Shown here: positions 31,301 to 40,091 of the stretch, in pieces
Position numbering within the stretch: position 1 is the first letter of the stretch
Layout: each line of letters starts with the position of its first letter
Source: Clostridia bacterium
Lineage (GTDB): Bacteria > Bacillota > Clostridia > Christensenellales > UBA1242
Direction of reading: 5' to 3'
NCBI GenBank assembly: GCA_045638465.1
Contig: JAZUBK010000020.1
Span: 27,021-91,020 of the forward strand
Length of the DNA: 64,000 nucleotides
Position numbers and translations under genes: made by a program
Notes under the pieces: model-generated
What the model saw: the letters and a program-made list of their open reading frames with translations, nothing else
Databases searched by the model: none
What the model was told of the DNA's origin: nothing

Positions 31301-32627
31301 TGCAGTATTTACTCTTGTTATTTATGGATTCAACATTTCATACAGCCCAAGAGCAGTTGATATTGTTGGCGTAAAAGATCAAACTGTTGATATTACTGAT
31401 GCTTCATATGTAACTATCACTATAAAAGATGCTAAAAACTCTACAGTATCTAAACCTATTACTGACGTTGTTGACTTTAGTATGATGTCTACAGCTTACT
31501 TTAGACTAGATGGTACAGTAATTACTATTCTAAAGAGTATTACAACTCCTCAAAGTATTTCTGTTACTTTGATGATTGGTTCAAATACTTTTGGACAACA
31601 TAACCTAACATTTAAATCACCATATAGTATTACTCAAACAAAGACAACTCCTATTGCGGCACCTCAATCAAATGTTGCTTTGAGCACTTACTTTACTATT
31701 AAACAAGATTCAAACGCAGTAGATTCAAAACTTATTAAATTTGAACTAGGTGATAGTGTAATCGAACAAAATGGCAAAAACGTTTCTGAGTATGTAACAA
31801 TCGCAGCAGATGGTGTGCTAAACGTAAAATATGTTCCATACAACTTCAACATAGATGTTCATATTACCATTTACGAAAAGATAAATACAGACCTTGGCTA
31901 TGAACCTGAAAACCTAGAGAGCAAAGGTACATGGACTGACTTGCTTATCCCAGTTGTAAATGATTACTACGAAAACAACGAAGTATTTGTTGGAAACTCA
32001 GCTACTTTGGGTAATAAGATTTATGGCAACAAGCAAAATAACTTTATCCACATAGAGTCTATCTATGCAGGTAGCGATTATACAATGGAAATCGCCTTTG
32101 AAAACAACTTCTTGTATGAAGGTGCACAATTTGTATATGCTGGTAATAGAGATCAATACTATGGTTATCCTATTTATGCATCTGATATTGTTTCAGAAGA
32201 GCCAATTACAGTAACTGTAACATTGTACATCACAATCCCTGGAAATGGTGATACAATTGCACAATTTGATGTATATGTATATCAATATATGTATGTAGAG
32301 TTTGCAAGAAATGCTGTATTGCAAAGTGGAACATCAGGATTCTCAGTAAGTACTGATGATGACTATAGACTAACTGACTACAACGGTCAAACTGTAACAC
32401 TAGAAGAAGGTGGCGTAAGCTTGTTCTTTAGTGTAAGTGTAGATCCAGAAAGCGTAGACATAATCGAACTTAGAGAAGAAGACTTGGGTGGAACTACTGT
32501 TAATGCAAAACTTGGCATAGAAGAAGAGCAAACAGCATACTTAATAGTTACTCGTAAAATCTTTAACGGAACTGCGGAATACACAATCAATTATAGATTG
32601 GCGATAACTGTAAGACCTCAAGCATAA
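28398..32627 (+). CDS. Giant (1409 aa) N-terminally anchored surface protein, Ig-like/beta-rich, family unknown
   Basis: SD aggag. Signal-anchor KIFGICLGAVIIGMGLLIGGAWIFGAF. T/N/V/Y-rich ectodomain with a Big_2-like segment near the N-terminus. No LPXTG, choline-binding or S-layer motif seen. Confidence 0.6.
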   Translation: MKRVLKIFGICLGAVIIGMGLLIGGAWIFGAFNEKKIPPEDLYFTKEEVVTSSAAALRVSTKTKAANQKKIDINVSPSGVLDAPKVVTLGEDFIVWPIKGEDGYNVGGIVTVTASYNGLLIAKCRVKVDVPVDDIIVKTQHASLSKGEQITFSTEIVPARALNPWKTDIIPGDLNLYDDREKTVFYFLYDNSGYLMDTTKAYFFDSNRKTNMLKSTDIDSQTRLVAIEECDFFVKAFCFSTFAREDYYNVEDIADMKYEDGREQIKEEFINVLQEARSESGNDSGQFISVTDVYINDFTASSEIINTFLYETTYLTARTESPAANAFNLDMKLHPAETSGGYTYEDLDGFIDNIVLEWTDGAELKIAKQGQFSEGTPADWNWSICPTVYDNESLTATLKATINYFDIKTNEMATLERFFDVQVNTRPVAGIVADKFKDETGENKEYISLNSDSPDTDSIKLEEGFVSEKTDSGLLTHSYKYFDVVPQVGYAYPTFSLVKFFLPADSVIRPYTEGNYKISFEFEETSRSTGYRLNIADGNIQGDISFFKLNETTGEYEAIAGSPSAENGKYRAELIYKKTNKAVPEFAFYGDGAEPMVVNNVLYYEQNSEYPFCEVNGVKVKTFFNSDSMVITRQLAEITAEGYGNFNIIASVVVSDNNGSIIYNEDGGFITLTTKTVQVRVTNSVKDIKLNVSAEDGTTTGVEQGDFNRTVVLDENSEYYIYIAPGDNTALDVLTQAVEKGSFEITYRVRTERFDENEAVINADALTINEIIEDRDGGGNLIGYKFLLGVNNVYSIENSSGETMSIIFNITFAVKGTSFTQTNNIEIRDHVLKEAEIAYGDSSVNQMQIYASNVEGGVVQWKERSNSAAVDLTKFKFEFSSEYGTVNVAPNITFAATNHNVIVTNLIAATPDENGVFILSLNNFPYYNDGVNVDITMEYGGSDDTINKRYVYDQDGDYYILRSYEETTAVFTLVIYGFNISYSPRAVDIVGVKDQTVDITDASYVTITIKDAKNSTVSKPITDVVDFSMMSTAYFRLDGTVITILKSITTPQSISVTLMIGSNTFGQHNLTFKSPYSITQTKTTPIAAPQSNVALSTYFTIKQDSNAVDSKLIKFELGDSVIEQNGKNVSEYVTIAADGVLNVKYVPYNFNIDVHITIYEKINTDLGYEPENLESKGTWTDLLIPVVNDYYENNEVFVGNSATLGNKIYGNKQNNFIHIESIYAGSDYTMEIAFENNFLYEGAQFVYAGNRDQYYGYPIYASDIVSEEPITVTVTLYITIPGNGDTIAQFDVYVYQYMYVEFARNAVLQSGTSGFSVSTDDDYRLTDYNGQTVTLEEGGVSLFFSVSVDPESVDIIELREEDLGGTTVNAKLGIEEEQTAYLIVTRKIFNGTAEYTINYRLAITVRPQA

Positions 32628-32645
32628 AACTTATAAAACAAAAAA

Positions 32646-32677
32646 AAATATCTGTCACTTTTGGCAGATATTTTTTT
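32646..32677 (+). terminator. Intrinsic terminator
   Basis: Arms aaatatctgtca and tggcagatattt (one G-U pair), followed by a T-run. Confidence 0.75.
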
Positions 32678-32694
32678 ATAAATATAAAAAATAG

Positions 32695-32723
32695 TTGGTA
32701 TTATTACAAAAAAAGTTTATAAT
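32695..32723 (+). promoter_or_regulatory. Promoter TTGGTA-17-TATAAT
   Basis: Hexamers at 32695-32700 and 32718-32723. Confidence 0.5.
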
Positions 32724-32747
32724 ATAATTACAAACATAGGAGACATT

Positions 32748-33536
32748 ATGGGAGTTTTTGAAAATCAAAATTATTATAACAAAGACAGCTTTAGCGAACT
32801 AACATTTGCTCAACAAAGAGACGTATTTTTGAAGATTCGTTCTTGGGTTGCTACAGTTCCGCTAGAAGTTAGATATAATAACGCTTTGTATAGAAAAACT
32901 ATTATCAAAAGAATAGAACAAATAGCAGCATATGCTTGTTCTGGCCACGTACCAGCTCAAGACTATATGGGTTATATTTACAAGAGAGGCTTTAGTACTT
33001 TCTTCCCAGAAAATTACGAAAGAGCACTTCACTGGAATATCATTGCGGCATCTTCTGGTAGTAAACTAGCACCTCAAAAGATGAAGATATTTTTGAACCC
33101 AGCTATCGATATGATAGTTTTGAGTCCTAGATGGTCACAAATTATCGAATACAACGACCTAAATAGACAAAACTATTTCTGGTTCCTAAGCCAATTCGTT
33201 TGTGACTATTTGTACAAAGATCTAAAGCTTAGTCCTGTAGAAATGTCACACTTGCCACTTATTCAAAGTGATGAACAAGAAGAGGGTAGCGTTATTATCA
33301 AATATGACAAAATCAGAAACGATTGCGTAAAGAAGGCTTTGGATGAACTTATTAAACAACTTCCTGAAGGATTGCCTGAACCAGAATACACTGGTAAAAT
33401 TGGTGAAGAATTGTTTGAAGACGAAACCGAAGAAGCAAGAATCAATGATGAGCCAGATATCGAAGATATACCTGATGCGCCAGAAAGTAATTATGAAGAA
33501 TATGATGATGGCTATATGGACGATGGCGAATATTAA
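32748..33536 (+). CDS. Hypothetical protein with Sel1/TPR-like segment and strongly acidic C-terminal tail
   Basis: 262 aa. YMGYIYKRGFSTFFPENYERALHWNIIAASSGS resembles a Sel1 repeat. The tail is rich in D/E/Y. Confidence 0.4.
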   Translation: MGVFENQNYYNKDSFSELTFAQQRDVFLKIRSWVATVPLEVRYNNALYRKTIIKRIEQIAAYACSGHVPAQDYMGYIYKRGFSTFFPENYERALHWNIIAASSGSKLAPQKMKIFLNPAIDMIVLSPRWSQIIEYNDLNRQNYFWFLSQFVCDYLYKDLKLSPVEMSHLPLIQSDEQEEGSVIIKYDKIRNDCVKKALDELIKQLPEGLPEPEYTGKIGEELFEDETEEARINDEPDIEDIPDAPESNYEEYDDGYMDDGEY

Positions 33537-33542
33537 AAGACA

Positions 33543-33577
33543 AAAAGCACTTAGAAAATTCTAGGTGCTTTTTTTTT
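33543..33577 (+). terminator. Intrinsic terminator
   Basis: Arms aaaagcacttag and ctaggtgctttt, followed by a long T-run. Confidence 0.75.
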
Positions 33578-33628
33578 GTATATTATCAAATTAGTTATAC
33601 AAACTAATCTTAAAAAAGAGGTGTTTGT

Positions 33629-34105
33629 ATGTCTTATAAGATTGTAAAAGAAGTAGATAGATTAGGCCGAATAGTTTTGCCAAAAAGTATAAGACAACAT
33701 CTCAAAATAAAGTGTGGAGATAGTGTATTTTTTGAGTTGCAAAATGATAAAGTTATGCTCGGAAAATACAATGAAATTTTGGGTCTTGTAGACTTTGCAG
33801 AACTTATATGTGAAAGCATCTATGAGATGACTTTTTGTGGGTGTATAATAAATGATAGTGAAAAGATAATTGCAGTCAGTGGTGTGACAAAAAGTTTGGT
33901 TGGTAAGCCATTTGTTGTAGAAAACGACGAAGTGATTTGTGATGAAAAAAGGATAAAAATTAAAGACTATTTTTGTCAGGAGATTGTATCGGGACAAAAG
34001 TGTATCGGCAAAATAATAGTGATATCAAATGAGGATATTGATGACAAAATAAAAACCACCATTTCTATTATTTCACGCTATTTAGGGAAGGTTGCAGTTG
34101 GCTAA
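33629..34105 (+). CDS. spoVT: SpoVT/AbrB-family regulator with GAF-like C-terminal domain (SpoVT-like)
   Basis: N-terminal VDRLGRIVLPKSIRQHLKIKCGDSVFFEL is a SpoVT-AbrB swapped-hairpin motif. C-terminal blocks IIAVSG and CIGKIIVIS align by eye with B. subtilis SpoVT. The following flippase gene reproduces spoVT-yabM synteny. Confidence 0.6.
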   Translation: MSYKIVKEVDRLGRIVLPKSIRQHLKIKCGDSVFFELQNDKVMLGKYNEILGLVDFAELICESIYEMTFCGCIINDSEKIIAVSGVTKSLVGKPFVVENDEVICDEKRIKIKDYFCQEIVSGQKCIGKIIVISNEDIDDKIKTTISIISRYLGKVAVG

Positions 34106-35657
34106 ACAAAACGTAATAAAAGCCGCTTTTATACTTACTTTTTGTGGGGTTTTTTGTAGGATTTTGGGGGCTTTTTATCGTGTGCCACAAGCTAATATGC
34201 TGGGTAGCGAAGGCATGGGAAATTACTATTTGATATTCCCGATTTTTTCGTTTATGATATCTCTTTCGGCTAGTAGTATTCCGCAAAGTTTGTCAAAACT
34301 TGTTGCAGAAGCTGTGCAAAACGGAGAGCAAAATATAGCAAAAAAATACTTTAAATCTAGCCTTTTGCTTATGACTTTTTTTGGGCTTTTTTGTAGCCTT
34401 CTTATGATTTTTTTTGCTCCGATTTTGAGCAAAATTCAACAAAATACTCAGTCGCTAAATAGTTATTTTGCTATTGCTCCTGCGGTGTTTTTTGTCTGTT
34501 TGATTAGTTGTTTTAGGGGGTATTTCCAGGGACATCAAACCATGACTTTTTCGGGTATATCACAGATAATTGAGCAGGTTATAAAAGTTGCTTTTGGGCT
34601 ATATTTGACTAACAAATTGTTGGTTTATGGTATAGAATATGGTGTATTTGGTAGCCTTATTGCAATTACAATTTCGGAGTTTGTTGCTCTTGTTTATTTG
34701 TTTATTTCGTATAAATTTTTTGCAAGAAAAAATGTAAAAAATAGTGATAATACAATCTCTTATAAACAGTGTTTTAAAGATATTATAAAGACAACTTTTC
34801 CATTTACTTTGAGTTATGTTATCTTTCCGTTGTCGGTGTTTTTGGATAGTTTGTTTGTGGTAAAAATTTTAACTACTTCGGGACTTAGTGGAGATTTTGC
34901 TATGGGGGTGTTTGGGCTAAACGGAGGAGTTGTTAATACTTTGACCAATCTTCCAATTGTAATTTCTACAGCCCTTGCAGTAGTTATTGTGCCGTCACTC
35001 AGCGGGGATATAAAAAGCGGAAATAGGGAAGGCTGTAATGAAAAGATAGCTTTGATATTTAAAATTTGCGTTTTGATAATACTTCCATGCGTGATTGTCT
35101 TTGCGATATTTCCAAAAGAAATAATAATGATATTATTTGGCAGCCTTGCAAGTGGCCTTATTGATGAATTAACTATTGCAAGTAATATGCTTATCATATC
35201 AAGTATAGGTGTGTTGTATTTGGGAATATTTCAGGTGAGCAGTGGGATCTTGCAGTCTAGCGGAGATTTTTATGTGCCTGTAAAATCATTGGGTGTAGGG
35301 GTTGTTGTAAGGCTTGTTCTTTGCGTTGTTTTGTGCTTTGTACCCATGGTTAATATCTATGCTATTTCAATTGCAAATGTGGTTTGCTTTTTTATTATCG
35401 CAACGTTTAATGTATCTGCTTTGCAAAAGAGTTTTGATGTAAAAATAAATTATAAGTCGGCGCTTATATTTCCGATTTTATCGTGCGTTTGTATGGCCTT
35501 GGTTATTGTAGGTGCAAAACTTATTTTTGCAAAAATATTTAGCGAAAGTTTGGCTGCTTTTATTTCGTTATTTGTCGGGGGAGTTGTCTATTTGTGCTGT
35601 CTTATATTATTCAAAGCCTTTGGCAAAAGCGAACTTAAATCTATGATAAATGGCTAA
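34092..35657 (+). CDS. MOP-superfamily flippase (MurJ/YabM/SpoVB-type polysaccharide biosynthesis protein)
   Basis: 521 aa with about 14 hydrophobic helices and a typical N-terminus NVIKAAFILTFCGVFCRILGAFYRVP. TTG start at 34092. The TTG at 34098 is better spaced from agggaagg. Confidence 0.7.
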   Translation: MQLAKQNVIKAAFILTFCGVFCRILGAFYRVPQANMLGSEGMGNYYLIFPIFSFMISLSASSIPQSLSKLVAEAVQNGEQNIAKKYFKSSLLLMTFFGLFCSLLMIFFAPILSKIQQNTQSLNSYFAIAPAVFFVCLISCFRGYFQGHQTMTFSGISQIIEQVIKVAFGLYLTNKLLVYGIEYGVFGSLIAITISEFVALVYLFISYKFFARKNVKNSDNTISYKQCFKDIIKTTFPFTLSYVIFPLSVFLDSLFVVKILTTSGLSGDFAMGVFGLNGGVVNTLTNLPIVISTALAVVIVPSLSGDIKSGNREGCNEKIALIFKICVLIILPCVIVFAIFPKEIIMILFGSLASGLIDELTIASNMLIISSIGVLYLGIFQVSSGILQSSGDFYVPVKSLGVGVVVRLVLCVVLCFVPMVNIYAISIANVVCFFIIATFNVSALQKSFDVKINYKSALIFPILSCVCMALVIVGAKLIFAKIFSESLAAFISLFVGGVVYLCCLILFKAFGKSELKSMING

Positions 35658-35716
35658 GCAAAGTTTTTTTGTTTAAAATACTTTTATTTATTGCTAAATT
35701 TTAGTATTATATATGT

Positions 35717-36652
35717 ATGAAAATAAAAAATGTAGAAACACAATCAAATATATTTTTAGCGCCTATGGCTGGTGTTACTGATATTGGTTTTCGCAAAATT
35801 TGTAGAGATTTTGGGGCGGGGCTTACTTATACAGAAATGATAAGTGTAAAAGGCCTTTATTATAACAATAAAAAAACTCAAACTATGCTCCAAATTGCAG
35901 AAAATGAAAAACCATCATGTGTGCAACTTTTTGGCAGTGACCCTGATATTTTCCGCAAAGTAATAATGTCTGGGGTTTTGGATAAATTTGACATTATCGA
36001 TATTAATATGGGTTGCCCCGCACCAAAGATTGTAAATAACGGTGATGGTAGCAAATTACTTTGTGATATAGACAAAGCAAGGCAAATTATTTCGGCCTGT
36101 GTACACGCAACTGATAAGCCAATAACTGTAAAGTTTAGAATGGGTTATAATAACGGCGAAAACATTGCAGTAAGGTTTGCAAAAATGTGTGAAGAAGAAG
36201 GGGCTAGTGCAATAACTATTCACCCCCGCACACGAGAGCAATTTTATAGTGGCAAGGCAGACCTTTCGGTAATAAAAGCTGTAAAACAAGCGGTATCAAT
36301 TCCTGTTATTGGAAACGGCGATGTTGTAGATAAAGAAAGTTACGATGCTATGCTAAATACGGGCTGCGATGCGGTGATGATTGGAAGGGGCGCTCTAGGT
36401 AATCCTGAGATATTTTCAAGCCTTCTAGGGCGAGAAGTAACAAAGCCTAAACTTGATATAATAAAAGAGCATCTTGCCCTTATAGGTCAAATTTACGGCT
36501 CAGAAAAGGCGCTGGTTACTTCTTTCCGCAAACATTTGCTTTGGTATGTGTCAAATTATCACTTGTCAACTCACCTTAAAGTAGAGCTTATGAAATACGA
36601 AACTATCGAAGAAATAATGAAAGTATTGGAAGATTTTTTTAACAACAACTAA
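35717..36652 (+). CDS. dusB: tRNA-dihydrouridine synthase
   Basis: 311 aa, FLAPMAGVTDIGFR, DINMGCPAPK, ITIHPRT. Confidence 0.88.
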   Translation: MKIKNVETQSNIFLAPMAGVTDIGFRKICRDFGAGLTYTEMISVKGLYYNNKKTQTMLQIAENEKPSCVQLFGSDPDIFRKVIMSGVLDKFDIIDINMGCPAPKIVNNGDGSKLLCDIDKARQIISACVHATDKPITVKFRMGYNNGENIAVRFAKMCEEEGASAITIHPRTREQFYSGKADLSVIKAVKQAVSIPVIGNGDVVDKESYDAMLNTGCDAVMIGRGALGNPEIFSSLLGREVTKPKLDIIKEHLALIGQIYGSEKALVTSFRKHLLWYVSNYHLSTHLKVELMKYETIEEIMKVLEDFFNNN

Positions 36653-36673
36653 ATATTAATCATACTATGAAGT

Positions 36674-37165
36674 ATGAATATTGGAATATATAGTTTGTAT
36701 AAAAAAAGCATTGTCGATATAAAGAAAATATTAAAAAACACTGATTGCGAAATTTTAGTTTTTGCTTGTGATTTTTTGCAAGAAAAAAAGCAGATAGAAA
36801 GTCTGCTTTTTTTTGATAAGGTAAGAAAGTATTGTGAGTGTATGACAATTATTTTTGATATTGATTTTTTGCGTGGTGTATGCAATCAAATTTTGGTTTT
36901 TGAAAAGGGAAAGTTTTATACTATTTTTGATGGAAGACTATTGGGTGGTTTTGTGCTAAGGTATAATGGCAAAAAATTACCTTTTGTGATAGGTGATAAT
37001 GTTTACAAAAAACAGTATATAGATTTTGTGCAAAAAGAAAAATTTAGTGCGGTTATACACATTGATTTATTTGGTGAGGGGTATGTTTTTGATGGTGGTT
37101 TGACGATGCATAATTGTAAAATTATTTCCACAAAAAGTGAAGGGGTTTTTGAGTTGAAAATTTAA
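36674..37165 (+). CDS. Hypothetical protein
   Basis: 163-aa ORF with no motif recognised. Coding status rests on length and position only. Confidence 0.35.
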   Translation: MNIGIYSLYKKSIVDIKKILKNTDCEILVFACDFLQEKKQIESLLFFDKVRKYCECMTIIFDIDFLRGVCNQILVFEKGKFYTIFDGRLLGGFVLRYNGKKLPFVIGDNVYKKQYIDFVQKEKFSAVIHIDLFGEGYVFDGGLTMHNCKIISTKSEGVFELKI

Positions 37166-37256
37166 AAAAATTTTTAAATAAATGCCTTTATATAATGTAC
37201 AAAAAATACTAAAAATGATAGAATAATAATGTTAAATAAATAAAAGAAGGTAACAT

Positions 37257-38882
37257 ATGGATATCTTTTATGGTATAGTTACTTTCCTTAGCGGACTGGG
37301 GTTGCTTTTGTATGCGGTAAAGGCATTGGGAGAGGCCCTGGACAAGACGACGGGTAGCAGACTGCGTCAAGGCATAACTAAAGCTGTAAACAATAGGTTT
37401 AGTGCGGCAGGTATGGGGCTTGGTTTTACGGTGCTGCTGCAATCTTCTACGGCATCAATGGCGATGTTCGTTGTTTTGTGTAATGCAGGTGTTATTTCAC
37501 TGGCTCAAGCGGTTTCGGTTGTGCTGGGTGTAAATATCGGTGCGGCACTTACTCACATCGTTGTAATGTTTGGTTCGGTTAAGGTAGTACAAATACTTTG
37601 TATTTTGGTAATAATAGGTGTGTTTATATTTTTGTTTGGTGGATCTTCTACCATTAAAAATGTTGGTAAACTTATCGCTGCTATCGGTCTTATCTTTTTG
37701 GGTATTACCGTTATGTCTCAAGGTATGGCGGTTATCAATGACAAGCACCTAATTGATGGATTTATAGAATCGGTTTCTAGTCCGATTTTGCTAATTTTAA
37801 TATTTATGTTATTTACTTGCATAATACAAACCTCTATGGGTGCTATGGCGGTTTTGATAACCTTTGTTGGTACACTACTTCCGCTAGAGTTATCTGTGTG
37901 GGCGGTTATGGGTATTAACCTTGGTACAAGTATATCTTCTATGCTTGCAACCATTGGTACTTCTATCAATGCAAGGAGGGTAGGTCTTACACACATATTA
38001 TTTAATGTGTTTGGCACGATACTATTTTCGCTGTTGATGTTGTTTATGCCTATTGCAAAGTGGATAACTATGATAACTACAACGCCAGGTTTTGTTATTA
38101 TAATATTCGAACTTTTGTTTAATACAGTAACAGCTTTAATACTTTTGCCGTTTATAAATTATATAGCAAAGTTATTAAAAGTTATATTCAAAGAGCCAAA
38201 GACCAAAAAGTCTTCTGTAGAAGTCATAAGCGAAGATATTGTAAAAATGCCAACTATGGCGATGCCTCAGGTTGTAAACAATTTAACTGCGATGGTAAAA
38301 AGTTTGGTTGACGACTTTTTTATGGGGATAGATTACCTTTTGAAAAAGACACCTAAGCTCAAAGCAAATCTTACAAAAGATTGTGTAGACATAAGTAAGG
38401 CAAACTCAGCCTTAGAAAATGTTATTATTCAACTTACCGCAGGTGTATCAGAAAGCGACCAAAAACTTTTGTCTAAGCTTTTGGATATAGTACACAAAAA
38501 CAGGACAATATTAAGAAAATTACAAAAACTTCTTTTCTATGGCCAAAGATTGGTGGAAACAAAAACTAGCTTTAGTAAAGATGAAATAAACGATATAAAT
38601 GAAATGAGCGACAACATTATGCTGATTAGCGTACAAGCAGTAGAAGCTCTAAAAAATATCGAAGCAAACAGGTCTACTTTGAGTGAAAAGACAATCGTTA
38701 GAGTTTTAGAATACGATAACAAAGTTGATGAAATCAAGAGCAGAGTAAGAGTAAACTCTCTAGAACTTATGAAACAAGACAAAAAGAATGTAGAGAGATT
38801 CTCAACTTATAGCAACATAATCAATGCGATAGAAGACGTGAGCGAAGTTTTTGCAACTATCGCAATAATCGCTTCTGAATAA
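37257..38882 (+). CDS. Na+/phosphate cotransporter family protein with PhoU-like C-terminal domain
   Basis: 541 aa. N-terminal half is polytopic with duplicated GxNIGT-type segments (GVNIGAALT, GINLGTSIS). C-terminal ~200 aa is helical and soluble. Confidence 0.7.
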   Translation: MDIFYGIVTFLSGLGLLLYAVKALGEALDKTTGSRLRQGITKAVNNRFSAAGMGLGFTVLLQSSTASMAMFVVLCNAGVISLAQAVSVVLGVNIGAALTHIVVMFGSVKVVQILCILVIIGVFIFLFGGSSTIKNVGKLIAAIGLIFLGITVMSQGMAVINDKHLIDGFIESVSSPILLILIFMLFTCIIQTSMGAMAVLITFVGTLLPLELSVWAVMGINLGTSISSMLATIGTSINARRVGLTHILFNVFGTILFSLLMLFMPIAKWITMITTTPGFVIIIFELLFNTVTALILLPFINYIAKLLKVIFKEPKTKKSSVEVISEDIVKMPTMAMPQVVNNLTAMVKSLVDDFFMGIDYLLKKTPKLKANLTKDCVDISKANSALENVIIQLTAGVSESDQKLLSKLLDIVHKNRTILRKLQKLLFYGQRLVETKTSFSKDEINDINEMSDNIMLISVQAVEALKNIEANRSTLSEKTIVRVLEYDNKVDEIKSRVRVNSLELMKQDKKNVERFSTYSNIINAIEDVSEVFATIAIIASE

Positions 38883-38904
38883 AAATAAAAGGGGAAAATG
38901 AATT

Positions 38905-40089
38905 ATGAAAAAAACAATTACAGACATTGATGTAAAAGGAAAAAAAGTATTATTGAGAGTGGACTTTAACGTTCCTATCGAAAATGGAGTTATTACAGAT
39001 GATAACCGTATTATGGAATCACTACGCACAATCAACTATTTGATTGAAAACGGAGCTAAACTTATTGTTTGCTCACACCTTGGTAGACCAAAGGGTAAAG
39101 TAGACCTAAAATACACTCTAAAACCAGTAGCAGATAGACTAGCTAGTCTTGTTAAAGCAAATGTTTATTTTGCAGAAGACACTGTTGGTCCAGATGCTAA
39201 AAAGAAAGTAAAAGCTCTAAAAGATGGAGAAATCTTGCTTCTTGAAAACTTGAGATTCCAACCTGAAGAAGAAGCTAACGAACCAAAGTTTGTTAAAAAA
39301 CTTGCTTCTCTTGCAGAAATTTATGTAAACGACGCTTTTGGTACTGCTCATAGAAAACACGCTTCAACTTATGGCGTTGCAGAACTTTTGCCAAATGCAG
39401 TTGGTTATTTGATGGGTAAAGAAATCAGCGTAATCGAAAACTTGTTAACAAAAGCAGAAAAACCATTTGTTGCAATTTTGGGTGGAGCAAAAATTGAAGA
39501 CAAAATCCCAGTAATCGAAAATCTAATCAAAAAAGTAAACACTATCTTGATTGGTGGTGGTATGTCATACACATTTATCAAAGCTCAAGGTGGCAGTATC
39601 GGTCAATCACTAGTTGATGATACAAAACTAGACCTTGCAAAAAAACTTCTTGCAAAAGCTGCAAAGAACGGTGTTGAAATCGTACTTCCAGTAGACGTTG
39701 TTGCAAATACAGAATTTGCAAATAAAGGAAAAATCAAAAAATTCCCAGCAAATGCTATTCCTGACAACTACCAAGGCCTAGATATCGGACCTAAGACAAG
39801 AAAATTGTTCAAAAAATACATTAAAGACGCAAAAACAGTTATCTGGAACGGACCTGTTGGTGTTTGTGAATTTAGCAACTTCAAAGTTGGTACAGACAAA
39901 ATCGCAAAAGCTCTTGCAAAATCAAAAGCCTTCAGCTTTATTGGTGGTGGTGATAGTGCAGCTGCTATTATCAAACTTGGTTATTCTAGTCAAATCAGCC
40001 ATATCTCAACAGGTGGTGGCGCAAGTCTTACAATGTTAGAAGGCAAAAAACTTCCTGGCGTAGAAATTATCAGCAATAAAAGGAAATAA
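38905..40089 (+). CDS. pgk: Phosphoglycerate kinase
   Basis: 394 aa, VLLRVDFNVP, SHLGRPKG, IGGGDSAAA. Confidence 0.95.
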   Translation: MKKTITDIDVKGKKVLLRVDFNVPIENGVITDDNRIMESLRTINYLIENGAKLIVCSHLGRPKGKVDLKYTLKPVADRLASLVKANVYFAEDTVGPDAKKKVKALKDGEILLLENLRFQPEEEANEPKFVKKLASLAEIYVNDAFGTAHRKHASTYGVAELLPNAVGYLMGKEISVIENLLTKAEKPFVAILGGAKIEDKIPVIENLIKKVNTILIGGGMSYTFIKAQGGSIGQSLVDDTKLDLAKKLLAKAAKNGVEIVLPVDVVANTEFANKGKIKKFPANAIPDNYQGLDIGPKTRKLFKKYIKDAKTVIWNGPVGVCEFSNFKVGTDKIAKALAKSKAFSFIGGGDSAAAIIKLGYSSQISHISTGGGASLTMLEGKKLPGVEIISNKRK

Positions 40090-40091
40090 TA

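Noticed and set aside
33343-33564. ORF 33343..33564 (+) and ORF 9951..10145 (+), which overlap longer same-strand genes in another frame
   Set aside because: They are embedded in longer ORFs that have better start contexts, and their K/N-rich or L-rich translations look non-biological.
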